Shown one piece after another: positions 49,162 to 59,506 of a DNA stretch of 64,000 nt. Positions within the stretch are counted from its first letter, which is position 1, and each line of letters begins with the position of its first letter. A program made the position numbers and the translations under genes. This stretch comes from Candidatus Omnitrophota bacterium (GTDB lineage: Bacteria; Omnitrophota; Omnitrophia; Omnitrophales; Aquincolibacteriaceae). Below the pieces are notes generated by a model. That model searched no databases and was not told the DNA's origin. It worked only from the letters and a program-made list of their open reading frames with translations. The stretch is taken from assembly GCA_043732705.1 (NCBI GenBank), contig JAYTHE010000043.1:9067-73066 (forward strand), in the 5' to 3' direction.

Positions 49162-50757
49162 ATGGAAAACGAAATCTCAAAACGGCGTACGCTCGCGATT
49201 ATCGCGCATCCTGATGCGGGTAAAACTACGCTCACCGAAAAGTTTTTGCTTTACGGTGGTGCGGTGCAGCTCGCAGGCTCTGTTACGGCGCGCAAGCAGC
49301 AGCGCGATACAGCCTCCGACTGGATGGAGCTTGAAAAGCAGCGCGGCATTTCAATCAGCTCGACTTTGCTGCAATTTGATTATGGCCCGTGGCGCATTAA
49401 CCTGCTCGATACCCCGGGGCATAAAGATTTCTCCGAAGACACTTACCGGGTTTTGATGGCGGTTGACGCGGTTATCATGGTGATGGACGGGAGCAAAGGC
49501 ATTGAAAGCCAAACGCGTAAACTTTTTGAAATCTGCCATCGCCGCAAAATTCCGATTTTTACTTTCGTCAACAAAATGGACCGCCCGAGTTTGTCACCGC
49601 TTGAGCTCATTGACCAGCTTGAAACCGTTTTAAAAATCAATGCCTATCCGATTAATTGGCCGCTTGGAAACGGTAAAGATTTTAAAGGTATTTATGACCG
49701 CGTGAACAAAGAAGCGCATTTGTTTGAACGTGTGCCGGGCGGATCTTATCGCGCGCCGGTTTCAGTCGGCGGATTTTCCGACCCCTTCGTCAAAAGCAAA
49801 ATGGATGAACAAAGCTACGCGAATGCGGCCGAAGAGTTGGAGATTTTAGAGCAGGCGCATGTTGATTTTGATACCGACGCGGTCATTAGCGGGGAAACCA
49901 CGCCGGTTTTCTTCGGCAGCGCGGCCAATAACTTTGGCGTGGAGCTTTTGTTAAAAGGTTTTCTTAAATACTCTCCGGGGCCGACTGCCCGCAAAAGTGG
50001 TGGCGTGATTGTTCCGGTGGATGATAAAAAGTTTTCGGGCTTTGTTTTTAAAATGCAAACCAATATGGATCCGATGCATCGCGATCGCATTGCTTTCATC
50101 CGTGTTTGCGGAGGAAAATTTACACGTGATCTGCAGGTGATTAATGTGCGGACAGGCGATAAAGTGCGGCTCGGTAGCACGCATAAACTTTTTGGGCAAA
50201 ACCGTGAAGTGGTGGAAGACGCATATGCCGGCGATATTTTGGGCGTGGTTGTGAAAACCGATTTTCGTGTTGGTGATACGGTGACGGAAGATACAAGCAT
50301 TGTTTATCGCGAAATTCCGAAATTCGCGCCGGAATGTTTCGGATATTTGACAAATCCCGAGCCGGGAAAATATAAGGCTTATCGCAAAGGCATTGAACAA
50401 TTGCTCGCGGAAGATATCGTGCAGGTTTTTGAACAAAAAGAACCCTGGAAAAGCGATGCGCTGCTCGGGGCGGTGGGGCCGTTACAATTTGAAGTTTTGC
50501 AGTTTCGTTTGGAAAGTGAATATGGCGCGAAGTCCACGCTCACACGCGCGCCCTGGCAATTTTTGCGCTGGCTGGATACGCAGCTTGACGATCAGGCTTT
50601 GAAGCTTAAAATTCCGGCGGGCGGAGCCATGGCGCTAGATGAGCAGGGCCGGCGCGTGATTATTTTTTCGAATGAATGGTCATTGAATTATTACCGCGAA
50701 AAAAATACAGACATTGCTCTGTACGATTCGCCGGATTTGATTCCAATCAATCATTAA
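49162..50757 (+). CDS. prfC: Peptide chain release factor 3
   Basis: HPDAGKTTLTEK, SDWMELEKQRGIS, DTPGHKDFSEDTYR, GAVGPLQFEV. Confidence 0.97.
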   Translation: MENEISKRRTLAIIAHPDAGKTTLTEKFLLYGGAVQLAGSVTARKQQRDTASDWMELEKQRGISISSTLLQFDYGPWRINLLDTPGHKDFSEDTYRVLMAVDAVIMVMDGSKGIESQTRKLFEICHRRKIPIFTFVNKMDRPSLSPLELIDQLETVLKINAYPINWPLGNGKDFKGIYDRVNKEAHLFERVPGGSYRAPVSVGGFSDPFVKSKMDEQSYANAAEELEILEQAHVDFDTDAVISGETTPVFFGSAANNFGVELLLKGFLKYSPGPTARKSGGVIVPVDDKKFSGFVFKMQTNMDPMHRDRIAFIRVCGGKFTRDLQVINVRTGDKVRLGSTHKLFGQNREVVEDAYAGDILGVVVKTDFRVGDTVTEDTSIVYREIPKFAPECFGYLTNPEPGKYKAYRKGIEQLLAEDIVQVFEQKEPWKSDALLGAVGPLQFEVLQFRLESEYGAKSTLTRAPWQFLRWLDTQLDDQALKLKIPAGGAMALDEQGRRVIIFSNEWSLNYYREKNTDIALYDSPDLIPINH

Positions 50758-50759
50758 TA

Positions 50760-51063
50760 CTGCTCAAACAGTCAGTCTCATCCTATTTGTTTTGAGATGA
50801 GACACAGCGCTGAGTATTTTTTAATGGCTAAGCCATTTACTTAAACGAAGCGCTAGTCGGCTTCGCCTGCGGAACTCGTAAATTCAATCTTTTTAACCTG
50901 AGCTTTTTCGCGGTATGGTTGGGTGGCAATTAGCAGAGAAACAAGCTGCTCTGCAAATTCTATCGAAACGCATACATGCTTTTTCCTAAATAAATTCCTC
51001 AAGGTGTGCAGGCATAGTTTCCTCTCATATCCCTTCCTCTGGCTCGGAACGAGCTAGAGGAAG
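50760..51063 (+). repeat. Family L copy E, interrupted by a family S element at 50774-50857
   Basis: Matches copy D on both sides of an ~84-nt insert. Confidence 0.8.
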
Positions 51064-51139
51064 TAAGCAAGAATTTAATTTTGGCAAACGCTAGCAGTTT
51101 TATCTTGCGCGCGAAACAGCGGGCTTTATTTTAAGTGGT

Positions 51140-51340
51140 TTAAAAGAAGAGGGCGGCGGTGAGGACGGTTCCGACCGCGTAGTTTGCGATTGTATTCGGA
51201 ATGAAATAGGAATAGACCATTAATAAAACGCCAAGCATCATGGCTTTGACATTGACCTGCTTTTTGCCATAGATAAACGCGCTGAAACCGATGGTGCCGA
51301 ATAGAATTCCCGCGAATATATTAGCAAAAGACATATTCAT
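51140..51340 (-). CDS. Small membrane protein
   Basis: AAGGAG RBS; hydrophobic helices with a YGKK motif. Confidence 0.75.
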   Translation of the reverse strand: MNMSFANIFAGILFGTIGFSAFIYGKKQVNVKAMMLGVLLMVYSYFIPNTIANYAVGTVLTAALFF

Positions 51341-51429
51341 AAAAGCTCCTTGTGCCTCTTAAAACATAGCTTATTTATCGGCATAAAGCGAATCGGGTAA
51401 ACCGCCGATAATTTCTCAAACAGCATTCA

Positions 51430-51798
51430 ATGGGGGCATTTATGAAAAGATCCGGTTTTAGAAATTCAATGGCTTGTTTCGTTTTTATTCTTTTTCTTAT
51501 TCCGAAAATTAGTTTTGCTTTGCCGATGAGCGACTTTCCCGCGAGCCCCTGGACAAAAAAGGACGGCTATGTCGCGAAAACCGTGAGCAAGCTGGGGTTT
51601 GGCCTGATGAATGTCGCCGGCGGCTGGACTGCGGTGGTCAGCGAATTTTATGAACCGCCGCAGGATAATATTGCTGCCTTAGGCCTGCGCGCGATTGCGC
51701 GTGTTGTGACGAACACGGTCGGCGGCGCTTTGCATGTTGTGACTTTTCCGGTTCCGGTTGATATTCGTCTGCCCGGCGGAGGAACTACCTTCGAATAA
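51430..51798 (+). CDS. Small exported TIGR04073-like protein
   Basis: Signal peptide, SPW, KLGFGLMNV, GALHVVTFPVP. Confidence 0.7.
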   Translation: MGAFMKRSGFRNSMACFVFILFLIPKISFALPMSDFPASPWTKKDGYVAKTVSKLGFGLMNVAGGWTAVVSEFYEPPQDNIAALGLRAIARVVTNTVGGALHVVTFPVPVDIRLPGGGTTFE

Positions 51799-51850
51799 AA
51801 ACGGCTGACGAAACAACGCAAGCGGCTTCAAGCAAAACTTAGTTAGATTG

Positions 51851-52088
51851 TCTTCAAAAACATATCCCGAATTACTCAGGCAGCCGATGCTGCGCTCGGA
51901 ACTCGTAATTCGGGATATTTTTTTGAAAGCTTATTCGCAATGGTGGGCAAGAAACAATTAGCAGAGAAACAAGGCTTCGTAATCTAAGTTAGCGGAGACG
52001 CAATCTCAATTTTCTCCCCTTCTGCCTCGAACATCAAAGTAGTTTCCTGTTGTATCTTTTTTTTGCTCTGCTGAGCCGAGCAAAAAAA
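51851..52088 (+). repeat. Family L copy F
   Basis: Long outer stem TTCAAAAA..ATATCCCGAATTAC/GTAATTCGGGATAT..TTTTGAA; AATTAGCAGAGAAACAAG; TAGTTTCCTGT. Confidence 0.8.
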
Positions 52089-52142
52089 CGCATGACGGGA
52101 AGCTTTATTTTAAATGCCGATCCATGAAATATTTTTTGAAGA

Positions 52143-52946
52143 TTATTTAAGCGGTGCGGCACTGATATGGGTGTAAGGCGCCAATTCTTTGAGCATGGCT
52201 TCGTGAATCAAACCATTTGAGGCAAGGTTTTGCCGGCCTTTCAATGTCATGGGGCCCCCTGAATAATCCGAAACTTTTCCGCCTGCTTCCGTAACCAGCA
52301 GCATGCCCGCGGCTTTATCCCAGGCTTCGATGTTCGCTTCCCAATATCCGTCAAATCTTCCGCAGGCGACATAACACATGTCGAGAGCGGCGGCGCCTAC
52401 ACGCCGGATATCATGTGTTTTAAGTAAGAAGGTTTTGATGATGGCGAGATAAAGATCAATTTTTTCTTTGCGGTCATAAGGGAAGCCGGTGGCGAGCAAA
52501 GAATGCGAAAGTGTTTTAACTTTCGAAACATAAATGCGTTCACCGTTTAAATAAGCGCCCTGGCCTTTTTCGGCAAAGAACATTTCAGCGCGGAAAGGGT
52601 CGTAAACCGCGCCCATGACCATTTGGCCTTCTTCTTCATAGCCGATGGAAACGCAGGAGGCGGGAAAGGTATGCGCGAAGTTGGTCGTGCCGTCAATCGG
52701 ATCGATAACCCAGCGGTGATGTGAGCCTTCCTTGGCATCAGACTCTTCAGAAAGGATCGAATGGTCGGGAAAAGCGCCCAAAATCTTGCCGATCACGATT
52801 TTTTCGCAAGCCAGGTCTGTTTCGGTGACAATGCTGATCTCGGATTTTTCTGAAAATCCGCCGCGTCCCGCGATTTTAGACTTCATCAGCGCGCCGGCTT
52901 CAAGCGCTGCGTCCATCAGCACGCTTTTAATTTTGTCTCTGTTCAT
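52143..52946 (-). CDS. suhB: Inositol monophosphatase family protein
   Basis: WVIDPIDGTTNFAH, ATGFPY, WDKAAG. Confidence 0.92.
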   Translation of the reverse strand: MNRDKIKSVLMDAALEAGALMKSKIAGRGGFSEKSEISIVTETDLACEKIVIGKILGAFPDHSILSEESDAKEGSHHRWVIDPIDGTTNFAHTFPASCVSIGYEEEGQMVMGAVYDPFRAEMFFAEKGQGAYLNGERIYVSKVKTLSHSLLATGFPYDRKEKIDLYLAIIKTFLLKTHDIRRVGAAALDMCYVACGRFDGYWEANIEAWDKAAGMLLVTEAGGKVSDYSGGPMTLKGRQNLASNGLIHEAMLKELAPYTHISAAPLK

Positions 52947-53022
52947 GTAGAATTCGATCTCCTTTGAGCCCTAAAGGCCGCCATTGTAAGGGCTTATTGA
53001 GCTTGAAGCAACAATGAGGAAT

Positions 53023-53136
53023 AAGCTTAAAAGTCAAAGCTCAAAAGTAAAAACCATAGCTTAAAGCCCAAAACTGTCCGGGCAGTTTGAAGTTTTGGAC
53101 TATAGTTTTTGCCTTTTACTTTTAACCTTTAACTTT
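53023..53136. repeat. Family H copy 4
   Basis: AAAACCATAGCTTAAAGCCCAAAACTGTCCGGGCAGTTTGA plus complementary right arm. Confidence 0.8.
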
Positions 53137-53174
53137 GTACTAAATCATTTTTTAATAAGCACGGGAGATTTTTC

Positions 53175-54260
53175 ATGTCATACAAAATTACATTAATTCC
53201 GGGCGACGGAGTTGGGCCGGAAATCGCGGACGCGGCTAAAATCGCGATTGAGTCCACTGGCGTTAAAATCGAATGGGACATTCAAACCGCCGGCATTGAT
53301 ATTATGGAAAAAGAAGGCACGCCGCTTCCGCAGCGCGTGATTGATTCTATCCGCAAAAATAAAATCGCGCTGAAGTCGCCGATCACGACTCCGGTCGGAA
53401 AAGGTTTTCGTTCCGTGAATGTCGCGCTGCGCAAAGAACTTGATCTTTACGCGTGTGTGCGCCCGTGCAAAAGCTACGAGGGCGTGCGTTCGCGCTACCG
53501 CAATATTGATCTCGTGATTGTGCGCGAAAATACGGAAGATCTTTACGCGGGCATTGAATTTCAAAAGGGAACCGACGAAGCGAAGCAGATTTTAGATTTG
53601 TCTTCGAAACTTTCCGGCAAAGCGATCCGCCCTGACTCCGGCGTAAGTATTAAGCCGATTTCGGTTTTCGGTTCCGAACGCATTGTGAAATATGCTTTTG
53701 AATACGCGCGCAAATACGGCCGCAAAAAAGTCACAGCCGTTCACAAAGCTAACATTATGAAATTTTCCGACGGACTTTTTCTTGAAGTCGCGCGTGAAGT
53801 CGCAAAAAAATATAACGATATTCAATTTGAAGACCGCATTGTTGACAATATGTGTATGCAGCTCGTTCAAAAGCCGGAAGATTACGACGTGCTTGTGTTG
53901 CCGAATTTGTACGGTGATATCGTTTCTGATTTATGCGCGGGGTTAATCGGCGGGTTGGGCGTAGCTCCCGGAGCCAACATAGGTGAAGGCGGAATGCTTT
54001 TTGAAGCGACGCACGGTTCCGCGCCGAAGTACAAAGGCCAGAACAAAGTTAATCCGACCGCGGTTATTCTTTCCGGAATGTTAATGCTGCGTTATATCGG
54101 CGAAACTGCCGCGGCCGACAAGCTTGAAAAAGCCGTTGCCGCGATTATCAAAGAAGGCAAAGATGTTACTTATGATATGAAGCCGGAACGCAATGATCCG
54201 AGCGCGGTTGGTACCAAGCAAATGGCCGAAGCAATTGCAAGAAAAGTCAAAAGCTTTTGA
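53175..54260 (+). CDS. Isocitrate dehydrogenase (isocitrate/isopropylmalate dehydrogenase family)
   Basis: [35 protein letters not shown]; located in the TCA cluster. Confidence 0.9.
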   Translation: MSYKITLIPGDGVGPEIADAAKIAIESTGVKIEWDIQTAGIDIMEKEGTPLPQRVIDSIRKNKIALKSPITTPVGKGFRSVNVALRKELDLYACVRPCKSYEGVRSRYRNIDLVIVRENTEDLYAGIEFQKGTDEAKQILDLSSKLSGKAIRPDSGVSIKPISVFGSERIVKYAFEYARKYGRKKVTAVHKANIMKFSDGLFLEVAREVAKKYNDIQFEDRIVDNMCMQLVQKPEDYDVLVLPNLYGDIVSDLCAGLIGGLGVAPGANIGEGGMLFEATHGSAPKYKGQNKVNPTAVILSGMLMLRYIGETAAADKLEKAVAAIIKEGKDVTYDMKPERNDPSAVGTKQMAEAIARKVKSF

Positions 54261-54341
54261 TTTTTCTAGGCCGAAGTAGTTTTTAAGTCTCGAGCCTCGG
54301 GGCTTCGGCCTCCGGGCTTAAATTTCTGAAAGGAATTTATT

Positions 54342-55271
54342 ATGAGTTATCCGAAAGTAACGGTTGTGGGCGCGGGTTTCGTAGGGGCCACAACAGCGCA
54401 GCGCATTTTAGAAAAAGAAATTGCCGACGTGGTTTTGATTGACGTTGTTGACGGCCTGCCGCAGGGCAAAGCGCTTGATATGATGGAATCCGCGCCGACC
54501 GAAAAATTTAAAACTAAAATCACGGGTACAAATAATTACGCTGATACCGCGAACTCTGATGTTGTTGTGATTACCGCCGGTCTCGCGCGCAAACCCGGAA
54601 TGACACGTGATGATTTGCTTTTCAAGAACGCTGAAATCGTTGGCGGCATTGTTGAAAACATCGTGAAGCATTCGCCGAAATGTATTTTGATTATCGTGAC
54701 GAATCCGCTCGACGTTATGGTTTACCTGGCCTGGAAAAAATCCGGCTTTGATCCGAAACGCGTGATCGGTATGGCAGGCGAGCTTGACTCTGCGCGTATG
54801 GCTTATTTTATTGCTGAAAAGACAGGCGCATCCGCGGCCGAAGTTGACGCGGTTGTGCTCGGCGGCCACGGCGACCAAATGGTTCCCGTTCCCGCGCATA
54901 CAAAAGTTAAGGGTAAGCCCGTGGCGCAAGTCCTTGATAAAGACACGATTGAAAAAATTAATCAGCGTACACGCGACGGCGGGGCCGAAATTGTTGCCCT
55001 TCTCAAAACCGGCTCAGCTTATTACGCGCCTTCCGCTTCGACGACCCGCATGGTGCGCTCGATTCTTCAGGACAAAAAAGAAACGATTGCGAGCTGTGTT
55101 TTGCTGAAAGGCGAATACGGCATCAAAGATGTTTTTGTCGGCGTTCCGGTCGTGCTCGGCAGAAACGGCGTTGAAAAAGTTGTTGAACTTTCTCTGACAC
55201 CCGAAGAACAAACGGCTTTAAACGTGTCAGCCGCGCACGTCAAAGAAAACTGCAGCAAATTGAAATTTTAA
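54342..55271 (+). CDS. mdh: Malate dehydrogenase (LDH-like)
   Basis: [37 protein letters not shown]. Confidence 0.96.
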   Translation: MSYPKVTVVGAGFVGATTAQRILEKEIADVVLIDVVDGLPQGKALDMMESAPTEKFKTKITGTNNYADTANSDVVVITAGLARKPGMTRDDLLFKNAEIVGGIVENIVKHSPKCILIIVTNPLDVMVYLAWKKSGFDPKRVIGMAGELDSARMAYFIAEKTGASAAEVDAVVLGGHGDQMVPVPAHTKVKGKPVAQVLDKDTIEKINQRTRDGGAEIVALLKTGSAYYAPSASTTRMVRSILQDKKETIASCVLLKGEYGIKDVFVGVPVVLGRNGVEKVVELSLTPEEQTALNVSAAHVKENCSKLKF

Positions 55272-55284
55272 TCAACCAGAAGCA

Positions 55285-55338
55285 ACCTTGCACACATCCG
55301 ATGTGTACAAGGTTGTACACATCGGATGTGTGCAAGGT
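55285..55338. repeat. Perfect 26-bp inverted repeat between mdh and acnA
   Basis: ACCTTGCACACATCCGATGTGTACAA-GG-TTGTACACATCGGATGTGTGCAAGGT. Confidence 0.95.
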
Positions 55339-55345
55339 GGGAAAT

Positions 55346-58078
55346 GTGGATTCCTTTAAAAGCAAATCTGTTTTGAATGTTGGCGGAAAAACTTTCGCCA
55401 TTTTTAAATTAGCGGCGGTGAAAAATCTTCCGGGCCTACCGCTCGAGCAATTACCTTATTCGGTGCGTATTCTTCTCGAAAATCTTTTGCGCCGCGAAGA
55501 CGGCAAAGCCGTTACCAAAGCCGATATTGAAGCGCTGCGCAATTGGAGCCCGAAAGAAAAATCCCTGAAGGAGATTGCTTTCACGCCCGCGCGCGTGATC
55601 TTGCAGGATTTTACCGGCGTGCCTTGCGTTGTCGATCTCGCCGCGATGCGCGACAAAATGCAAGAACTCGGCAAAGATCCGAAAAAAATTAATCCGCTTG
55701 AGCCCGTTGACCTCGTTATTGACCATTCGATCCAGGTTGATATGTTCGGCAACGCCAACGCGCTTGCCGATAACACGCGCATTGAGTTTGAGCGCAATCA
55801 GGAGCGTTACGAATTTTTAAAGTGGGGCCAAAAAGCGCTCTCTGATTTTCGTGCCGTGCCGCCGGGCATGGGCATTGTGCATCAGGTGAATCTTGAATAT
55901 CTTGCGTCAGTCGTCATCACCAAGCGACTTTCCAAGCCCTCACCCTCGCCCTCTCCCGAAGGGAGAGGGGAAAGTGAAGAGGTGCTTGCTTATCCCGACA
56001 CCTTGGTCGGCACCGACTCGCACACTGTGATGATCAACGGCCTCGGCGTTCTCGGTTGGGGCGTGGGCGGCATCGAAGCCGAAGCTGCGATGCTCGGCCA
56101 GCCTTCATCCATGCTTATTCCCGAAGTGGTCGGATTTAAACTCACCGGCAAGCTTCCCGAAGGCGCAACCGCCACTGATTTGGTTTTGACCGTTACGCAA
56201 ATGCTGCGCAAAAAAGGCGTCGTCGAAAAATTTGTTGAATTTTACGGCGCGGGCCTCGATGCCTTGTCACTTGCCGACCGCGCGACGGTTGCGAATATGG
56301 CACCCGAGTACGGCGCGACTATGGGATTTTTTCCGGTCGACAATGAAACGCTTAATTATTTACGCGTCACCGGCCGCAGCGAAGCACAAGTCAGCCTCAT
56401 TGAAACTTATTTGAAAGAGCAGGGGCTTTTCCGCACCGCAAATTCGCCCGACCCTGTTTTCAATGATACGCTCGAACTTGATCTTGGAACTGTCGTGCCT
56501 TGCCTTGCCGGCCCGAAACGCCCGCAGGATCGCGTCGCATTGCCCGATGTTAAAAGTAATTTCAAGACGGCCTTGCCCGGTTTGCAAAATCAAAAAGCTG
56601 GCGCAACCGCCGTGGTTGACCGCGCGCTGGTTAAATACGCGGGCCAAGAATTTATACTCGAAGACGGCTTTGTCGCGATCGCCGCAATCACAAGCTGCAC
56701 GAATACATCGAACCCGAGCGTTCTGATGGCCGCGGGCCTGCTCGCGAAAAAAGCCGCTGCGCTCGGGCTCAAATCCAAACCGTGGGTTAAAACATCGCTC
56801 GCGCCCGGATCCAAAGTCGTCACCGAATATTTACGCGCGTCCGGCCTTTTGCCCGAACTTGAAAAAATCGGTTTCTATCTCGTGGGTTATGGCTGCACCA
56901 CCTGCATCGGAAATTCCGGGCCGCTGCCGCCTGAAATCGGCAAAGCCGTGAAAGAACACAGCCTCGTTGCTTCCGCTGTTATTTCCGGCAATCGCAATTT
57001 TGAAGGCCGTGTGAATCCGCTTGTGAAAGCAAACTATCTCGCATCGCCGCCGCTGGTTGTGGCGTATGCGTTAGCAGGAACAGTCGAACGCGATCTCACT
57101 AAAGAATCGCTCGGCACTGACCACACCGGCAAGCCGGTTTATCTCAAAGATATTTGGCCGAGCAATCAGGAAGTTGCCGCCGCCGTTCAGCAGGTGACGC
57201 GCAAAATGTTTGAAAAAGAATATGCCGTTGTTTTTGACGGTGATAAAAATTGGCAGTCGATCCAGGTTGCGTTGGGCGACACATTCAAATGGAATCCGAA
57301 ATCGACTTACATCAAAAAAGCCCCGTACTTTGACGGCATGGCCGCGGTTCCCGCGCCACTCACGGATATTAAAGACGCGCGCGTGCTCGTGATGGTGGGC
57401 GATTCCGTGACCACCGACCATATTTCTCCCGCGGGCAATATTGCAAAAGACGGCCCGGCCGCGAAGTATTTAATGGAAAACGGCGTAAGTGAAAAAGATT
57501 TCAATTCCTACGGTGCGCGCCGCGGCAATCATGAAGTCATGGTTCGCGGAACTTTCGCCAATATCCGTTTAAAAAATTTACTCGCGCCCGGCACCGAAGG
57601 CGGGGTGACGCGCCTGCTTCCTGAAGGCAAGCCCATGTCCATTTTTGATGCCGCGCAGGAATATAAGAAAAACAAAGCTCCGCTGATTGTCATTGCCGGC
57701 AAAGAATATGGTTCCGGCTCTTCGCGCGATTGGGCCGCGAAAGGTCCGATGCTGCTTGGTATTAAAGCCGTGATCGCGGAAAGCTTTGAACGCATTCACC
57801 GCAGTAATTTAATCGGCATGGGAATTTTGCCGCTTATCTTTACTGCCGGACAAACGCCTGCTTCGCTTGGCTTAACCGGCGAAGAAGCTTTCACGATCGA
57901 AGGTATTCCAAGCATTACGCCCGGGCAAATGTTACATATCCGCGCCCGCTCTGGAAATTCAACCGCGGGCGCAGAGAAAACATTCACCGTCAAATGCCGC
58001 ATTGATACGCCCGTGGAATTAGACTATTACAAACACGGCGGAATTCTTCAATACGTTCTGCGCCAACTTCTCAAATGA
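55346..58078 (+). CDS. acnA: Aconitate hydratase A (likely GTG start at 55346)
   Basis: [48 protein letters not shown]. Confidence 0.97.
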   Translation: MDSFKSKSVLNVGGKTFAIFKLAAVKNLPGLPLEQLPYSVRILLENLLRREDGKAVTKADIEALRNWSPKEKSLKEIAFTPARVILQDFTGVPCVVDLAAMRDKMQELGKDPKKINPLEPVDLVIDHSIQVDMFGNANALADNTRIEFERNQERYEFLKWGQKALSDFRAVPPGMGIVHQVNLEYLASVVITKRLSKPSPSPSPEGRGESEEVLAYPDTLVGTDSHTVMINGLGVLGWGVGGIEAEAAMLGQPSSMLIPEVVGFKLTGKLPEGATATDLVLTVTQMLRKKGVVEKFVEFYGAGLDALSLADRATVANMAPEYGATMGFFPVDNETLNYLRVTGRSEAQVSLIETYLKEQGLFRTANSPDPVFNDTLELDLGTVVPCLAGPKRPQDRVALPDVKSNFKTALPGLQNQKAGATAVVDRALVKYAGQEFILEDGFVAIAAITSCTNTSNPSVLMAAGLLAKKAAALGLKSKPWVKTSLAPGSKVVTEYLRASGLLPELEKIGFYLVGYGCTTCIGNSGPLPPEIGKAVKEHSLVASAVISGNRNFEGRVNPLVKANYLASPPLVVAYALAGTVERDLTKESLGTDHTGKPVYLKDIWPSNQEVAAAVQQVTRKMFEKEYAVVFDGDKNWQSIQVALGDTFKWNPKSTYIKKAPYFDGMAAVPAPLTDIKDARVLVMVGDSVTTDHISPAGNIAKDGPAAKYLMENGVSEKDFNSYGARRGNHEVMVRGTFANIRLKNLLAPGTEGGVTRLLPEGKPMSIFDAAQEYKKNKAPLIVIAGKEYGSGSSRDWAAKGPMLLGIKAVIAESFERIHRSNLIGMGILPLIFTAGQTPASLGLTGEEAFTIEGIPSITPGQMLHIRARSGNSTAGAEKTFTVKCRIDTPVELDYYKHGGILQYVLRQLLK
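55937..55970 (+). repeat. REP-like element inserted in-frame in acnA
   Basis: CCCTCACCCTCGCCCTCTCCCGAAGGGAGAGGGG encodes [11 protein letters not shown]. Confidence 0.8.
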
Positions 58079-58611
58079 GCGCAGATAAGAAAATCTACAA
58101 ACCAAAAATCGGGCGACACGTTTTTGTGCACCCGTCTGCGGTGGTTGAAGGCCGTGTCACGATCGGTGATTACTCTTCCGTTTGGCCCAACTGTGTTTTG
58201 CGCGGTGATATTAATGCCATCAAAATTGGAAAACGCACAAATATTCAGGATCTTTCAGTTTTGCATGTTGAAAACAACCGCGCCTGCATTTTGGGTGATG
58301 ATGTGACGATCGGCCATCAAGTGACTTTGCACAGCTGCACGGTTAAACGTTACGCCTTAGTCGGTATTCAAGCCATTGTTCTGGACGGCGCGGTGGTGGG
58401 GGAATGCTGCCTGGTGGGCGCTGGCGCGCTTGTCACGCATAATCAAAAACTGAAACCCTGTTCGCTTTATATGGGCCGTCCCGCCAAATACATCCGCCCG
58501 CTGAAACCCGATGAAATCAAAAAACTCAAAGCCTGGGGCAAACGCTACGTTAAATATTCTGCTGATTACATGACCGGTAAATTCAAAAGCGTTCATCTGC
58601 TGCGTTCATGA
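58075..58611 (+). CDS. Gamma carbonic anhydrase family protein
   Basis: LRGD, NIQD...H, TIGH...LH hexapeptide repeats. Confidence 0.92.
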   Translation: MSADKKIYKPKIGRHVFVHPSAVVEGRVTIGDYSSVWPNCVLRGDINAIKIGKRTNIQDLSVLHVENNRACILGDDVTIGHQVTLHSCTVKRYALVGIQAIVLDGAVVGECCLVGAGALVTHNQKLKPCSLYMGRPAKYIRPLKPDEIKKLKAWGKRYVKYSADYMTGKFKSVHLLRS

Positions 58612-58949
58612 ATCAACCGTCTTTCATGGAAAAACAGGAAGATAATATTGCGCCGCATATTTTTTCCGTGTCGGCAGGCATGATCGGCGTTTGCCTAACG
58701 GTCATCAGCCTTATTAATATCAGCAGCGCCATCCGGAAAAGCAACACGCTCGGCGATGATTTAACCGCGATCGATGCGGTGGTATTTATCTTCTCCTGCT
58801 ATCTGGCTTATATGGCTATGAAAACCAAAGACAAAAAGAGACGGCTATTTCTTGAAAAACTGGCCGACCGTGTATTTTTGTCCGGCCTTTTTCTGATGGT
58901 TTTGGTTTGCGTCTTCGTGGTTTATACCTTTTCCTTCAGAGCCGCCTGA
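58608..58949 (+). CDS. Hypothetical 3-TM membrane protein
   Basis: SAGMIGVCLTVI, DDL, LEKLAD.VF; ATGA overlap with the upstream gene. Confidence 0.75.
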   Translation: MNQPSFMEKQEDNIAPHIFSVSAGMIGVCLTVISLINISSAIRKSNTLGDDLTAIDAVVFIFSCYLAYMAMKTKDKKRRLFLEKLADRVFLSGLFLMVLVCVFVVYTFSFRAA

Positions 58950-59042
58950 CATATTTTTATTCTGGGCTCTGCCCAACCACGGCGTAATTTTTAGTTCTGT
59001 TCGCTGGCGCGAACAACCACCGGGCCCCACCGCATTTCAAAT

Positions 59043-59295
59043 CCTTTCTCTTGGTGCGGCTTTGCCGAACCAAGAGAAGGTAAAACAGGAAACTTGTTTG
59101 CTGGGTTTGAAGCACAGTGTGGCAATATTAATAGACGAACCTTCGAAAAATTCTGATTTTTCCACCTTGTTTCTCCTTTTATCGCCTCTCCTCCTACATT
59201 GCGCTTATGTCTTTAGAATGAAGGCGCATAATGCGAGTTCGCCGCCTCGGGACGGCGCTGTTTGAGCAGTATGAATCTCTCGTCAAAGGCTAAGG
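59043..59295 (-). repeat. Family L copy G (minus strand)
   Basis: Reverse complement reads GCTCAAACAGCGCCGT..GAACTCG..GAGAAACAAG..AGTTTCCTGT..hairpin. Confidence 0.8.
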
Positions 59296-59506
59296 GCATT
59301 CATAATTTTTGAATAAGATTTTCAAAATGTTCCGGCGACGTAGTAATTTTGTTGCCATTTGGTTCCTGGCTCCTGCGGAATTCAACTTCTTGAACTGGTA
59401 TAAAGAAAATGCGGTTGCGCGTATGCGCGCAGAGCAAAAATTTACGGATAAAAATACTTAAATTCCTCTCTCGCAAGAGAGGGGAATTTGAGTATAATGT
59501 CCGCCT

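Noticed and set aside
55301-55345. N-terminal extension [15 protein letters not shown] of aconitase
   Set aside because: It is a translation of the inverted repeat; the GTG at 55346 gives a typical AcnA start
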